From IMG/VR virus record IMGVR_UViG_3300043427_002668: a stretch of 64,000 nucleotides of DNA. One strand, given 5' to 3'. Below, piece by piece: positions 9,815 to 20,226 of this stretch. Below the pieces are notes generated by a model, which was not told the origin of the DNA, searched no databases, and saw nothing but the letters and a program-made list of their open reading frames with translations. Source of the DNA: a virus (taxonomy: Duplodnaviria > Caudoviricetes). How positions within the stretch are numbered: position 1 is the first letter of the stretch; each line of letters starts with the position of its first letter. The translations under genes and the position numbers were made by a program.

Positions 9815-11513
9815 AACTATTCGTTGGAAAAATTTTCTTTCTACAGGAAACCAATTTACGGAAGTTGACTTTACAAAAAATTCAACGAATCTTATTATTG
9901 GATCAAATGGTGCTGGAAAGAGTACAATTCTTGATACATTGACTTTTTCTTTGTTTGGGAAACCATTCCGTAAAATTAATAAACCGCAACTTATCAACTC
10001 TACAAATGATAGAGATTGTAGAGTTGAAGTTGAGTTTGATATTGGAAATATTTCTTGGAAGGTAGTGCGGGGTATTAAACCTAATATCTTTGAGATTTAT
10101 CGTGATGATTCTCTCTTAGATCAATCTTCTGCTGCTTTGGATCAGCAGAAATGGTTGGAGCAAAATGTTCTTAAAATGAACTATAAGTCTTTTACTCAGA
10201 TTGTGATTCTGGGTTCCAGTACTTTTGTTCCTTTTATGCAACTTCCTGCAGCTCATCGTCGTGAGGTGATTGAAGATTTGCTTGATATCAAGATCTTTTC
10301 TTCAATGAATAATGTAATTAAAGAAAAGATTCGTGCAGTTAAGGAAGAAATCAAAACTCTTGAACTGAAGAAAGAATCTCTTAATGATAAAGTTAAGATG
10401 CAAAAAGAGTTTATTGAAGAACTTGAAAATCGCGGAAAAGATAATATCAATAACAATAATCGGAAAATTTCTGATCTAATGTCTGAAATTGAACTTCATA
10501 TGACGGAAAATTCAGTTACCGAAGAAAAGGTATTTGAGTTTACTAAAGAGCAGGAGTATGTGACTGGTGCTTCCGATAAACTTCGTAAGTTAGGAAATCT
10601 CAAAGGAAAGATCTCTCAGAAAGTATCTACGATTACTAAAGAGCATAAGTTTTTCACTGAAAATACGGTTTGTCCTACTTGTACTCAAGAGATTGACGAG
10701 ACCTTTAGAATAAATAGAATTACAGACGCTCAAAATAAAGCAAAAGAGTTGCAATCTGGTTATAAAGAACTGGAGGAGGCAATTAAAGAAGAAGAAGAGC
10801 GAGAGCGTCAATTCCTTGCTCTCTCTAAGGAGATTACAAAACTCACAAATGAAATTTCTCAAAATAATATTAAGATCAATGGATGTCAACGACAAATCCG
10901 AGATCTTGAATCGGAAGTTCAAACTATTACCACTCAACTTGAAAACCGAAATACTGAACATGAGAAGTTAGAAAATTTCAGAAACAATCTCCAAACCACA
11001 TACGAAGAACTAGCCTCTAAAAAGGACTCAGTTAACTACTACGATTTCACTTATAGTTTGCTTAAGGACGGAGGAGTAAAAACTAAAATCATCAAGAAGT
11101 ATCTACCGCTGATAAATCAGCAAGTAAACCGTTATCTTCAGATGATGGATTTCTACATTAACTTTACTCTTGATGAGGAGTTTAACGAAACCGTCCAATC
11201 ACCTATTCACGAAGATTTCTCTTATGCATCTTTTAGTGAGGGTGAGAAAATGAGGATTGACCTTGCACTCCTTTTCACTTGGAGAGAAGTTGCAAGGTTT
11301 AAAAACTCAGTAAATACAAATCTCTTGATTATGGACGAGGTGTTTGATAGTTCACTTGATGGATTTGGTACAGAAGAGTTTCTCAAAATCATTCGTTATG
11401 TGATTAAGGATGCTAATATATTCGTCATTTCTCATAAGACTGGTTTAGAGGACAAATTTGAAAGCGTCATAAAGTTTGAGAAAGTCAAAGGTTTCTCGCG
11501 TATGGTGGTCTGA
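9801..11513 (+). CDS. gp46: recombination ATPase gp46 (Rad50/SbcC-like)
   Basis: GSNGAGKS, CPTC hook, FSEGEK signature, MDEVFD and ISH. Confidence 0.97.
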   Translation: MILFKTIRWKNFLSTGNQFTEVDFTKNSTNLIIGSNGAGKSTILDTLTFSLFGKPFRKINKPQLINSTNDRDCRVEVEFDIGNISWKVVRGIKPNIFEIYRDDSLLDQSSAALDQQKWLEQNVLKMNYKSFTQIVILGSSTFVPFMQLPAAHRREVIEDLLDIKIFSSMNNVIKEKIRAVKEEIKTLELKKESLNDKVKMQKEFIEELENRGKDNINNNNRKISDLMSEIELHMTENSVTEEKVFEFTKEQEYVTGASDKLRKLGNLKGKISQKVSTITKEHKFFTENTVCPTCTQEIDETFRINRITDAQNKAKELQSGYKELEEAIKEEEERERQFLALSKEITKLTNEISQNNIKINGCQRQIRDLESEVQTITTQLENRNTEHEKLENFRNNLQTTYEELASKKDSVNYYDFTYSLLKDGGVKTKIIKKYLPLINQQVNRYLQMMDFYINFTLDEEFNETVQSPIHEDFSYASFSEGEKMRIDLALLFTWREVARFKNSVNTNLLIMDEVFDSSLDGFGTEEFLKIIRYVIKDANIFVISHKTGLEDKFESVIKFEKVKGFSRMVV

Positions 11514-11527
11514 ACCACTCAAGAACA

Positions 11528-11749
11528 ATGCAAGTCCCAAACTGGAAGCACCATTCTAAAAAAGAACAAAAACGAAAACTTAAACCGCAAGCACTGAGGC
11601 AAGCAAAAGCACGACTAGCCCAGTTCAAAAAGCGTCATATGGGTCGCCCAAAAGGCGACCTTTCGTTTTATGATAGGTCCATACGAAACAAAACCGATGC
11701 CTGTTCGCCACGAAATCAAATCCCAACTTGCGAAACTTCTTGCGACTGA
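11528..11749 (+). CDS. small basic hypothetical protein
   Basis: Lys/Arg-rich MQVPNWKHHSKKEQKRKLKPQALR; the 3' end overlaps the next gene and is uncertain. Confidence 0.55.
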   Translation: MQVPNWKHHSKKEQKRKLKPQALRQAKARLAQFKKRHMGRPKGDLSFYDRSIRNKTDACSPRNQIPTCETSCD

Positions 11750-13889
11750 AGACCTTGTGGTGGAGCATAAAAAGGTTGAGACTGCCTGCTTTAACGTCCA
11801 TACGCGGGTTCTGACGCTGCCTCTCTGGGAGAAGGCTAGCGGGACCGTCTACGACCTTCTGGTGGGTCACGAAGTGGGTCACGCACTCTTCACGCCTGAT
11901 GAGGACTGGACCGAGACTGCAAAGGTTCCCGCTCAGTTTGTGAATGTCGTAGAGGACGTTCGCGTTGAGAAACTGATGAAGCGTAAGTATGCTGGTCTTG
12001 CTAAGACTTTCTTTGGTGGATATAAGGAACTGAATGAGGAGGATTTCTTTCAACTTGAGGGTGAAGATGTCTCTACCTTTAATCTTGCTGATAAAGTAAA
12101 TCTTTACTATAAAGTCGGTAACTTCCTTTCTCTGGATTTCACTCCAGAAGAAAAGGAGATTGTTGACCTGATTGGTGCAACGGAAACGTTTGCAGATGTT
12201 CTGATTGCTTCTGAGGAACTTTATAAGTACTGTAAGAAAGAACAGCAACAACAGCAGAAAGTTGCTGACTTTGATAATCACGAAACTCAAAGTGCTTCTA
12301 CTTCTCCTAATGGTGAAGATGCTGAAATGGAGCAACCTCAGGACGAGCAAGAGGGTCAATCTAACGAATCAGAATCTACTCAATCTGAGGAGAATAGCGA
12401 TAATGAAGGACCCGCTCAAAGTCAACAAAATACTACTTCACCTTCTAACACTCAGGAAGAACCTGAAGTTCGTACTGCAGAATCTCTGGATGATAAACTT
12501 CGCAGTCTGGTAAATCAGCACGGTGAAGATAATGTGTATGTAGAACTGCCTCAAGTCAATCTTGAGACGATTATTGCGAAGAACTCTGAGGTTCATAAAG
12601 AACTTGATGACTGCTTTAATCATCAGCAGAGGAATATGGATGCTTTGAATGAAGCAAATAACGCACCTCTTTGGAGTCTTTATAAGAATGTAGACCTTGA
12701 GTTTCAGAAGTTCAAGAACTCCGCTCAGAAAGAAGTTAACTATCTTGTGAAGGAGTTTGAGTGCCGTAAAGCAGCAGATAGTTATTCCCGTGCTTCTACT
12801 GCTCGCACAGGTGTTCTAGATACTGCTCGTCTTCATTCTTATAAGTTTAGCGAAGACCTTTTCAAGAAAGTGACTGTTCTTCCTGATGGTAAGAATCACG
12901 GACTTATCTTCATTCTGGATTGGAGTGGTTCTATGCAGAATGTCCTTCTGGATACCTGTAAGCAACTCTTTAACCTGATTTGGTTCTGTAAGAAGGTTTC
13001 CATTCCTTTTGAGGTTTATGCTTTCACAAATGAATGGCGTCGTTATGAATATGACTATGAAACTGGTAAGTATATTTCTTCCGATAGAACTTCTCATTAT
13101 GAGAAGAAAGAAAGTGTGATTGCGATTGATGAAAGTTTCTCTCTGATGAACCTTCTTACTAGTAAAGTTTCTGGTAAGCAACTGGAAAATCAAATGAAGA
13201 ACATTTGGCGTCTTGCTGCGTATTTTAACAACACCTATCACTCTCCTTATACGTATCCCAATCGTTTGTGTCTTTCTGGAACTCCTCTGAATGAGGCTCT
13301 GATTTGCCTTAATCAGATTATTCCTCAGTTTCAATCTCAAAACAAACTTCAGAAGGTTCAGTGTATTGTTTTGACTGATGGTGAAGCACCTCCGCTTCCC
13401 CGTCACGTTGAAGTGAAGCGTGGTTGGGAAAGTGAGCCCTACCTTGGAACCCGTCATATCAATCCTGATAACTCTTTCCTGCGTGATAGGAAGACTGGTA
13501 TGAACTACAAGTTTGGATACGATTATCACGGATATACTGATACTCTTTTGAAGAACCTGAAGGACAAGTTTCCTTCTGTTAATCTGATTGGTATTCGTGT
13601 CCTTGAAAGTCGTGATGCAAATCGCTTCATTCAACTTTATCATTCTTGGAAGGATAAGAAGTATGATGTAATCCAGAGTGACTGGAAGAAGAATAGGAGT
13701 TTTATTATCACCAACTCTGGTTATGATGCATACTTTGGAATGTCTGCAGCAGCACTTTCTCAGGATGCTGACTTTGAGGTTGCTGAATGTGCTTCTAAAG
13801 CACAAATCAAATCTGCTTTTGTGAAGTCTCTGAAAACTAAAAAACTAAATAAAAAAGTTCTTGGTGAGTTCATTTCACTCGTCGCATAA
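11697..13889 (+). CDS. metallopeptidase-like + vWA domain protein (CobT-like partner of MoxR ATPase)
   Basis: HEVGH (HExxH), acidic linker, LDWSGSM MIDAS motif and LTDGE; probable start is the ATG at 11697. Confidence 0.85.
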   Translation: MPVRHEIKSQLAKLLATEDLVVEHKKVETACFNVHTRVLTLPLWEKASGTVYDLLVGHEVGHALFTPDEDWTETAKVPAQFVNVVEDVRVEKLMKRKYAGLAKTFFGGYKELNEEDFFQLEGEDVSTFNLADKVNLYYKVGNFLSLDFTPEEKEIVDLIGATETFADVLIASEELYKYCKKEQQQQQKVADFDNHETQSASTSPNGEDAEMEQPQDEQEGQSNESESTQSEENSDNEGPAQSQQNTTSPSNTQEEPEVRTAESLDDKLRSLVNQHGEDNVYVELPQVNLETIIAKNSEVHKELDDCFNHQQRNMDALNEANNAPLWSLYKNVDLEFQKFKNSAQKEVNYLVKEFECRKAADSYSRASTARTGVLDTARLHSYKFSEDLFKKVTVLPDGKNHGLIFILDWSGSMQNVLLDTCKQLFNLIWFCKKVSIPFEVYAFTNEWRRYEYDYETGKYISSDRTSHYEKKESVIAIDESFSLMNLLTSKVSGKQLENQMKNIWRLAAYFNNTYHSPYTYPNRLCLSGTPLNEALICLNQIIPQFQSQNKLQKVQCIVLTDGEAPPLPRHVEVKRGWESEPYLGTRHINPDNSFLRDRKTGMNYKFGYDYHGYTDTLLKNLKDKFPSVNLIGIRVLESRDANRFIQLYHSWKDKKYDVIQSDWKKNRSFIITNSGYDAYFGMSAAALSQDADFEVAECASKAQIKSAFVKSLKTKKLNKKVLGEFISLVA

Positions 13890-13912
13890 ATACCTAAAAA
13901 GTATCTGTAGAT

Positions 13913-14203
13913 ATGAAAACCTTTCAAGAGTTTATGTGCGAGTTATATCAACTTGATGAAAATGTTTCTAGTGGTCGCACTAAAGTAAGAAATGTGAAGC
14001 AAAGAGTAAGTTCTGCCGAAGTTATTACTAACACTCAAAGACAAAATAAAATCGCACAGCATTTTGCCGACCACGCTGCTAAAAAGAAAGCGGCAGGGGA
14101 CGAAGCTCATGCTGCAGCAACTAAATCTGGTAAAAGTCCTGCAGAGGCAGAAGCACATCGCCAGAGAGCACACAGAAATTATGAAAAACAAATGAGACGA
14201 TAA
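13913..14203 (+). CDS. hypothetical, candidate internal head protein
   Basis: MKTFQEFMCE N-terminus; TAAATA just upstream. Confidence 0.7.
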   Translation: MKTFQEFMCELYQLDENVSSGRTKVRNVKQRVSSAEVITNTQRQNKIAQHFADHAAKKKAAGDEAHAAATKSGKSPAEAEAHRQRAHRNYEKQMRR

Positions 14204-14206
14204 ACG

Positions 14207-14392
14207 ATGAAAACAAAATTTCCCTACGAACACGTTATTAAATACGACACAAAAGAAGTGTGGGTTGCTTGTAGCAGCGTAACTACTGCTATTGGTATTC
14301 CTGCACTTGTTGAAAAATACTATCCTGGTTATAAAGGTCACATCGGCAGCAAGGAGTATCTGGAGACACTTCGGAACCAGTTGGTGAACTGA
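14207..14392 (+). CDS. hypothetical protein
   Basis: 61-aa ATG-initiated ORF. Confidence 0.6.
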   Translation: MKTKFPYEHVIKYDTKEVWVACSSVTTAIGIPALVEKYYPGYKGHIGSKEYLETLRNQLVN

Positions 14393-14457
14393 CCACCAGG
14401 GGTCCCAGCGGACCTTTTTTTGCCCTATAATGATTGAGTTGAAACAAAACACACATT

Positions 14458-15576
14458 ATGTCCCGCATTCAAATGACCGACGACCAGATCATCAGTGACC
14501 TCAAGAACACGTTTGGTGCAGAGTTTACCGCTGCTGATGTTCGCGGTTATTGTGCTTCTAAAAACCTTTCCTATCCCACCGTTACCAAGCGACTGGAAAA
14601 CTTTAAGATTGGTCGCGGTAAGTGGAATCTGGAAGTAACTCAAAAGAAAGTGGAAGAGATTGAGCGTACTTTTAATAGCGTTGCTGTTCTTCCTGAAGTT
14701 CATCAAAACCTTATTCCTGATAAAGATGATACCTTCGTCAAGTTTGGTAATTTTAACGACGTTAAAAAAATTATTCAGTCCCGTCTTTTCTATCCTACGT
14801 TCATTACGGGTCTTTCGGGTAATGGTAAAACGTTCTCTGTGGAACAAGCTTGCGCTCAACTCAAGCGTGAACTGATCCGCGTTAACATCACTATTGAGAC
14901 TGATGAGGACGATCTGATTGGTGGTTTCCGTCTTGTGAATGGTGAAACTGCCTGGCATAATGGTCCTGTGATTGAGGCACTTGAGCGTGGTGCAATTCTT
15001 CTGCTAGATGAGATTGACCTTGCTTCTAACAAAATCCTGTGCCTGCAATCCGTTCTGGAAGGTAAAGGTGTCTTCCTGAAAAAGATTGGTAAGTTCGTGA
15101 AACCCGCTCCTGGTTTCAACGTCATCGCCACCGCAAACACTAAGGGTAAGGGTTCTGATGATGGTCGTTTCATCGGCACTAATGTCCTCAATGAGGCATT
15201 CCTAGAGCGTTTCCCCGTGACCTTCGAGCAGTCCTATCCCGCTCCCTCCGTGGAGCAGAAGATCCTTGAGGGTATCGCTCTGGATCTGGGTGTGGAAGAC
15301 CGTGACTTCTGCAAGCGTCTGGTCGATTGGGGTGATATTATCCGCAAGACCTTCTATGATGGTGGTATTGAGGAAATCATTAGCACCCGTCGTCTGGTTC
15401 ATATCATCCGTGCTTACAGCATCTTCCAAGATAAAGGAAAAGCAATCCAAGTGTGCGTCAATCGTTTTGACGATGAGACTAAGCAAGCATTCCTTGAACT
15501 CTATGATAAGGTGGATGCTGATTTCGAGATGCCAGTTCAAACTGAACTGAACGTTGACGAACAGCAAGCAAACTGA
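14458..15576 (+). CDS. MoxR/CobS-like AAA+ ATPase
   Basis: GLSGNGKT Walker A, LLLDEID Walker B, ATANTKG and NEAFLERF. Confidence 0.92.
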   Translation: MSRIQMTDDQIISDLKNTFGAEFTAADVRGYCASKNLSYPTVTKRLENFKIGRGKWNLEVTQKKVEEIERTFNSVAVLPEVHQNLIPDKDDTFVKFGNFNDVKKIIQSRLFYPTFITGLSGNGKTFSVEQACAQLKRELIRVNITIETDEDDLIGGFRLVNGETAWHNGPVIEALERGAILLLDEIDLASNKILCLQSVLEGKGVFLKKIGKFVKPAPGFNVIATANTKGKGSDDGRFIGTNVLNEAFLERFPVTFEQSYPAPSVEQKILEGIALDLGVEDRDFCKRLVDWGDIIRKTFYDGGIEEIISTRRLVHIIRAYSIFQDKGKAIQVCVNRFDDETKQAFLELYDKVDADFEMPVQTELNVDEQQAN

Positions 15577-15597
15577 TAGAATATGAGGAGGTAAAAA

Positions 15598-15966
15598 GTG
15601 CCTCCTCTTTTTATGACTGAAACAACTTTTACTATTACTATGAGTGAAACAACAAATCATCTTTGGAAATATAACGAAGATAAAATCCTGAAAGACATTC
15701 AGGAGTATGTGACTAGTACTTATGGAAGTCATTATTGCGGTCACAATCAAGAATATCGGGACATTCAAACTATTGACCTGATGGCAGCAAAAGATCTTGC
15801 TCCTGGTTTCTGTCAGGCAAATATTTTAAAATATGGTTCTCGTTATGGTGATAAGGATGGACGCAATAAGCGTGATTTGCTGAAAGTCATTCACTATGCT
15901 ATGCTCCTTCTTCACTTTGACGGTCACTACTCTCGTCAAGATAATGGTCTCTCTGAATTTCGCTGA
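15598..15966 (+). CDS. conserved hypothetical (DUF3310-like)
   Basis: HY...FCQANILKYGSRYGDKDG...DLLKVIHY pattern; true start may be a downstream ATG. Confidence 0.7.
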   Translation: MPPLFMTETTFTITMSETTNHLWKYNEDKILKDIQEYVTSTYGSHYCGHNQEYRDIQTIDLMAAKDLAPGFCQANILKYGSRYGDKDGRNKRDLLKVIHYAMLLLHFDGHYSRQDNGLSEFR

Positions 15967-15971
15967 TTATT

Positions 15972-16637
15972 ATGAAACTTTCTGATAAAACTCTTTCGGT
16001 CCTGAAAAACTTCTCTGGTATCAATCAATCTATTCTCTTTAAGGAAGGAAACAAACTTCGCACAATCAGTGTGATGAAGAACATTCTTGCGGAAGCAACA
16101 ATTACTGAAGAGTTCCCTCGTGACTTTGGTATCTATGACCTTAACCAGTTTCTGAATGGTCTTGGTCTTCACAAAGCACCTGAACTGGACTTTGGAAATG
16201 ATGGTTATGTCGTCATTCGTGAAGGTAAAATGCGGTCTAAGTATTTCTTTGCCGACCCTAGTGTAATCGTTACTCCTCCAGACAAAGAAATCAATCTTCC
16301 TAGTGAAGATGTTTGTTTTGAACTCTCTACGGAGCAAATGGATAAACTTCTGAAAGCAGCAGCGGTTTATCAACTTCCTGATATTTCTGCTGTTGGTGAA
16401 GCAGGTGTTGTAAAACTGGTTGTTCGTGACAAGAAGAACGACACTTCCAACGATTTCTCTATCGTTGTTGGTGAGACTGATAGCGTCTTTACATTCAACT
16501 TCAAAGTAGAGAACATCAAGATTCTTCCTGGGACCTATGAGGTGGTTGTGTCACAAAAACTTTTGTCACGGTTTCAATCCAAGAACCACGACCTGTGCTA
16601 TTATATTGCTCTGGAACCTGATTCTACTTTCGGATGA
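15972..16637 (+). CDS. gp45: sliding clamp gp45
   Basis: MKLSDKTLSVLKNFSGINQSI...FGIYDLNQFL...YYIALE. Confidence 0.96.
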   Translation: MKLSDKTLSVLKNFSGINQSILFKEGNKLRTISVMKNILAEATITEEFPRDFGIYDLNQFLNGLGLHKAPELDFGNDGYVVIREGKMRSKYFFADPSVIVTPPDKEINLPSEDVCFELSTEQMDKLLKAAAVYQLPDISAVGEAGVVKLVVRDKKNDTSNDFSIVVGETDSVFTFNFKVENIKILPGTYEVVVSQKLLSRFQSKNHDLCYYIALEPDSTFG

Positions 16638-17146
16638 ACATCTTTGTAACTTCCCCTTGGCCTGCTGAAAGTGCTATCTGCCTTCCCGATAAGCACGTTG
16701 TCAAGATGCCACTAGAGTGCTGTCAAATGCTGTCTATTGTAGCATCTGAAAAGTGGGGTCATGGGTATGGTTATCTTTATAAATCTGATGAGACACCTTA
16801 CAAAACTGAAAAGGGTGCTTTTCGCAATCATCCCTGCACCAAATGGGCCTTAGAAAGTATTCACAATGCCTATTGGTTGATTAAGCACGGGTTGAACTTG
16901 TGTGACGAGTACACTTTGCGTTATAATAAAGTTCATTCGTGCTACAAGACACTTGTAGATGCTTACTATCTTTTCCCCAAAGGTAAGATTACTGAAGTAA
17001 CTCCATTTGCCCGTGCGATGCCAGATGAATTTAAACTGGACACAACTATTGATACTTTTACTGCTTACAAGATGTACATTAGCAGCAAACCTTGGGTTGC
17101 ATCTAATTATCTTCGTATGCCAGAACGAAAACCTGATTGGATTTGA
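16634..17146 (+). CDS. pyrimidine-dimer DNA glycosylase/DenV-family protein
   Basis: MNIF...DKHVVKMPLECCQMLS and NHPCTKW motifs. Confidence 0.75.
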   Translation: MNIFVTSPWPAESAICLPDKHVVKMPLECCQMLSIVASEKWGHGYGYLYKSDETPYKTEKGAFRNHPCTKWALESIHNAYWLIKHGLNLCDEYTLRYNKVHSCYKTLVDAYYLFPKGKITEVTPFARAMPDEFKLDTTIDTFTAYKMYISSKPWVASNYLRMPERKPDWI

Positions 17147-17148
17147 TT

Positions 17149-17403
17149 ATGAAACTCACACGAATAATCTTTGATAAATGGAAAATCTGGATGACCCTTC
17201 CAGATAGAACCCTAATTTGGGCACTTAAAGATAAAGAAAGTTTGGGTTTTTATGATTGGTATATTATGGATTTTTGGTATTGTCTCAACCACGATTGGTA
17301 TAAGATGAATAACAAAATGTATGCCTATACTGGTTGTGAAGACCCTTATACTGAACCCAGAGATTTTATTGATTATGAAGAGTATTGGAGTGAAAATGAC
17401 TGA
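17149..17403 (+). CDS. hypothetical protein
   Basis: Trp/Tyr-rich ORF; ATG at 17149. Confidence 0.55.
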   Translation: MKLTRIIFDKWKIWMTLPDRTLIWALKDKESLGFYDWYIMDFWYCLNHDWYKMNNKMYAYTGCEDPYTEPRDFIDYEEYWSEND

Positions 17404-17584
17404 ACTTACACAAGCACAAATCAAATTTTTGCAAGGGCAACTGAAATCTCAACTTGAGTTTGCATCTACACTCAAAGAACTCAATCAAAGTAATCCTGAG
17501 GTTCAAAAGAACATTGAAAAATTGGAAGCAAACATTCAACTTCTGCAAAATAAGTTAAAATTGGAGAAACTGGTGGATGAGTGA
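17396..17584 (+). CDS. small coiled-coil hypothetical
   Basis: MTELTQAQIKFLQGQ...; overlaps the stop of the previous ORF. Confidence 0.6.
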   Translation: MTELTQAQIKFLQGQLKSQLEFASTLKELNQSNPEVQKNIEKLEANIQLLQNKLKLEKLVDE

Positions 17585-17644
17585 TTATTCCAAACTACAT
17601 CAAATGTCGTTTGGTTATAAATAATAATAGTTATTACTCTTCTA

Positions 17645-18094
17645 ATGGAACTCAACGGAATTACCTACAAACAATCAAAAACTTATCCAGACATTTATGT
17701 AAGTGCTTGTGGTAAAATTCTAAATGTAAAACCTATTGGAAGAGTTGATAAAAGAGATGGTTATGTTGTAGTTCGTGAAAAACGACTTCATCAACTTGTG
17801 GTAGAATGTTGGGGGGAACCAAGACCAAAAGGTATAGATTGGTGTATAGACCATATTGATGAAAATAAAACCAACAACAAAGTTGAAAACTTGAGATGGT
17901 TGCCTCGTTCAGAAAACACAAGAAGGTCTCAAATTGGAAAATCAAATCCAAGAAAAGCAGTAGTTCAAATGGAACCTGACGTGAAAGGAGAAATTATGAA
18001 TCTTTCCAGTCAGGGATTGTCCCAAAGACAAGTTGCTGATATTATGGGAAAAAGTCAAAAAAGTATTTGGAATGTATTAAATGGAGTTTATTGA
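17645..18094 (+). CDS. HNH homing endonuclease with C-terminal HTH
   Basis: LHQLVVECW...IDHIDENKTNNKVENLRW (HNH_3 type); HTH LSQRQVADIMGKSQKSIWNVL; TATAAATA at 17616. Confidence 0.88.
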   Translation: MELNGITYKQSKTYPDIYVSACGKILNVKPIGRVDKRDGYVVVREKRLHQLVVECWGEPRPKGIDWCIDHIDENKTNNKVENLRWLPRSENTRRSQIGKSNPRKAVVQMEPDVKGEIMNLSSQGLSQRQVADIMGKSQKSIWNVLNGVY

Positions 18095-19038
18095 TGAGTG
18101 ACAATTTTTTGTGGGTGGAAAAGTGGAGACCAAAAAAAGTAGAGGATTGTATTCTTCCAGAGGATACTAAAAAAACTTTTTTGGACTTTATTAATAAAGG
18201 TGAAATTCCCAATCTACTATTGTCTGGTCCTCCGGGCATTGGGAAAACAACTATTGCCAAGGCACTATGCGAACAATTAGGAGCAGATTACTATGTCATC
18301 AACGGATCCGACGAAGGGCGTTTCTTGGATACTGTCAGGAACCAAGCAAAGAACTTTGCTTCGACCGTATCTCTTCAAGGAAATGGTAGGCACAAAGTCA
18401 TCATTGTGGATGAGAGTGACAACACAACCTCAGATGTACAACTCCTACTACGGGCAAATATTGAGGCATTTTATAGCAACTGCCGATTCATCTTCACTTG
18501 CAATTACAAGAACAAGATCATTGAACCTCTTCATTCCCGATGTGCCGTCATTGACTTCACCATCAAAGGGAAGCAACGGGTTCAACTTGCAGGAAGTTTC
18601 TTCCAACGTCTCCAAACGATCCTGGATCAGGAAAAGATTGAGTACGATCAAAAAGTCCTTGCTGAACTTGTATCAAAGCACTTCCCAGACTTTCGTAGGG
18701 TCCTTAACGAGTGTCAGAGGTACGCTACGGGAGGAAAAATCGACTCGGGCATTCTTGCATCTTTCTCAGACATCTCTGTAAATGAACTCGTCAAGAACCT
18801 CAAGGAGAAGAACTTCCCAGAAGTCCGTAAGTGGGTGGTCTCTAACTTGGATAACGATGCTTCTCATCTACTTCGCAGGATTTATGACGCCTCTTATGAT
18901 TGCCTTTCACCCCAATCTATCCCTGCTGCCGTTCTTGTTATTGCTAAGTATCAATACCAATGTGCGTTCGTGGCTGATCAGGAAATTAACCTCCTAGCGG
19001 CACTAACTGAAATTATGTGTGAGTGTGAATTCAAATGA
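18094..19038 (+). CDS. gp44: clamp loader large subunit gp44
   Basis: LWVEKWRP, GPPGIGKT, DESD and PLHSRC; ATG overlaps the HNH stop. Confidence 0.96.
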   Translation: MSDNFLWVEKWRPKKVEDCILPEDTKKTFLDFINKGEIPNLLLSGPPGIGKTTIAKALCEQLGADYYVINGSDEGRFLDTVRNQAKNFASTVSLQGNGRHKVIIVDESDNTTSDVQLLLRANIEAFYSNCRFIFTCNYKNKIIEPLHSRCAVIDFTIKGKQRVQLAGSFFQRLQTILDQEKIEYDQKVLAELVSKHFPDFRRVLNECQRYATGGKIDSGILASFSDISVNELVKNLKEKNFPEVRKWVVSNLDNDASHLLRRIYDASYDCLSPQSIPAAVLVIAKYQYQCAFVADQEINLLAALTEIMCECEFK

Positions 19039-19889
19039 AATCTCTTAAGACACCCCTAAGGTATCCCGGCGGTAAGTCCCGTGCTTGTGTAAAGATGGAT
19101 CCTTACTTTCCAGATCTTCGTAACTATGATGAGTTCCGTGAACCATTTCTTGGTGGAGGATCTGTTGCAATTCATATTACAAAAAAATATCCAGATCTAA
19201 AGATTTGGGTCAATGATCTTTATCCTCCTCTTGTAATCTTCTGGCAACAACTCCAGATGTTTGGGGAAGAACTGAAAGAACATCTACTTCACTTCAAAAG
19301 TGTTTGCCCCAACCCAGAATCTGCTAGGGGTCTTTTTGATATCTCAAAGCAGATCTTAAATGATCCAAACACTGGTGATTTCGAACGTGCTGTGAGATTT
19401 TATATTGTAAATAAGTGTTCTTTTAGTGGTCTTACTGAAAGTTCTTCTTTTTCGGCACAAGCAAGTAACTCTAATTTTTCTGTTCGTGGAATTGAAAAAC
19501 TCCCCGAGTACTCTAAACTTATAGAACATTGGCGTATAACTAATTACTCCTATGATTATCTGATGGATGGAAACAAGGATGCTTTTATGTATCTCGATCC
19601 TCCTTATGATATTAAGGATAATCTCTATGGGAATAAGGGATCAATGCATAAAGGATTTGATCACGATAAGTTTGCTGCTGATTGCAATTCCAACAATATG
19701 GATATGTTGGTAAGTTATAATACGAATCAACTTGTTAAAGATCGCTTCTTAGGTGAAAAATGGAATGCTGCTGAGTTTGACCTGACTTATACGATGCGTT
19801 CTGTTGGTGAATATATGCGAGAGCAAAAACAAAGAAAGGAACTGCTACTTTTTAATTATGGAATTGAAGGATTGGTTGAACTCAATTAA
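19035..19889 (+). CDS. dam: DNA adenine methyltransferase
   Basis: LRYPGGKS, EPFLGGGSV and YLDPPY. Confidence 0.93.
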   Translation: MKSLKTPLRYPGGKSRACVKMDPYFPDLRNYDEFREPFLGGGSVAIHITKKYPDLKIWVNDLYPPLVIFWQQLQMFGEELKEHLLHFKSVCPNPESARGLFDISKQILNDPNTGDFERAVRFYIVNKCSFSGLTESSSFSAQASNSNFSVRGIEKLPEYSKLIEHWRITNYSYDYLMDGNKDAFMYLDPPYDIKDNLYGNKGSMHKGFDHDKFAADCNSNNMDMLVSYNTNQLVKDRFLGEKWNAAEFDLTYTMRSVGEYMREQKQRKELLLFNYGIEGLVELN

Positions 19890-20226
19890 TTTTACAAAAG
19901 AAGATCTGTCGGAAAATATCAAAGAATATCCTCCATTTATTATCAATAAATGCTTAGCGGGTCATATTGATTCTGTTCTTTTTGCTAATGAAATGAATAT
20001 GAATCATCATCTTGACAAAGGTATGCAATATTCGTTTTATCTAAATAGTCTAAGGAAACGGAAGAGATTTTCTCCCTGGCTCCGCAAGGATAAGATCACG
20101 GACTTAGAATGTGTAAAACAATACTATGGTTATAGTAATGAAAAAGCATCTCAAGCACTGAAAATCCTGACAAAAGAACAACTTACTTTCATTAAAAAAC
20201 GACTTGATATTGGAGGAACAAAATGA
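19858..20226 (+). CDS. gp62: clamp loader small subunit gp62
   Basis: MELKDWLNSIN...YPPFIIN...VKQYYGYSNEKA. Confidence 0.9.
   Translation: MELKDWLNSINFTKEDLSENIKEYPPFIINKCLAGHIDSVLFANEMNMNHHLDKGMQYSFYLNSLRKRKRFSPWLRKDKITDLECVKQYYGYSNEKASQALKILTKEQLTFIKKRLDIGGTK

Noticed and set aside
12816-13805. 329-aa minus-strand ORF (and the other minus-strand ORFs in the track)
   Set aside because: Antisense shadows of codon-biased plus-strand genes, with no motifs or RBS. Those at 42723-43581 are simply the reverse complement of tRNAs.
14458-15576. Cobalamin biosynthesis (cobS)
   Set aside because: Only generic MoxR AAA+ motifs; no other cob genes in the window.
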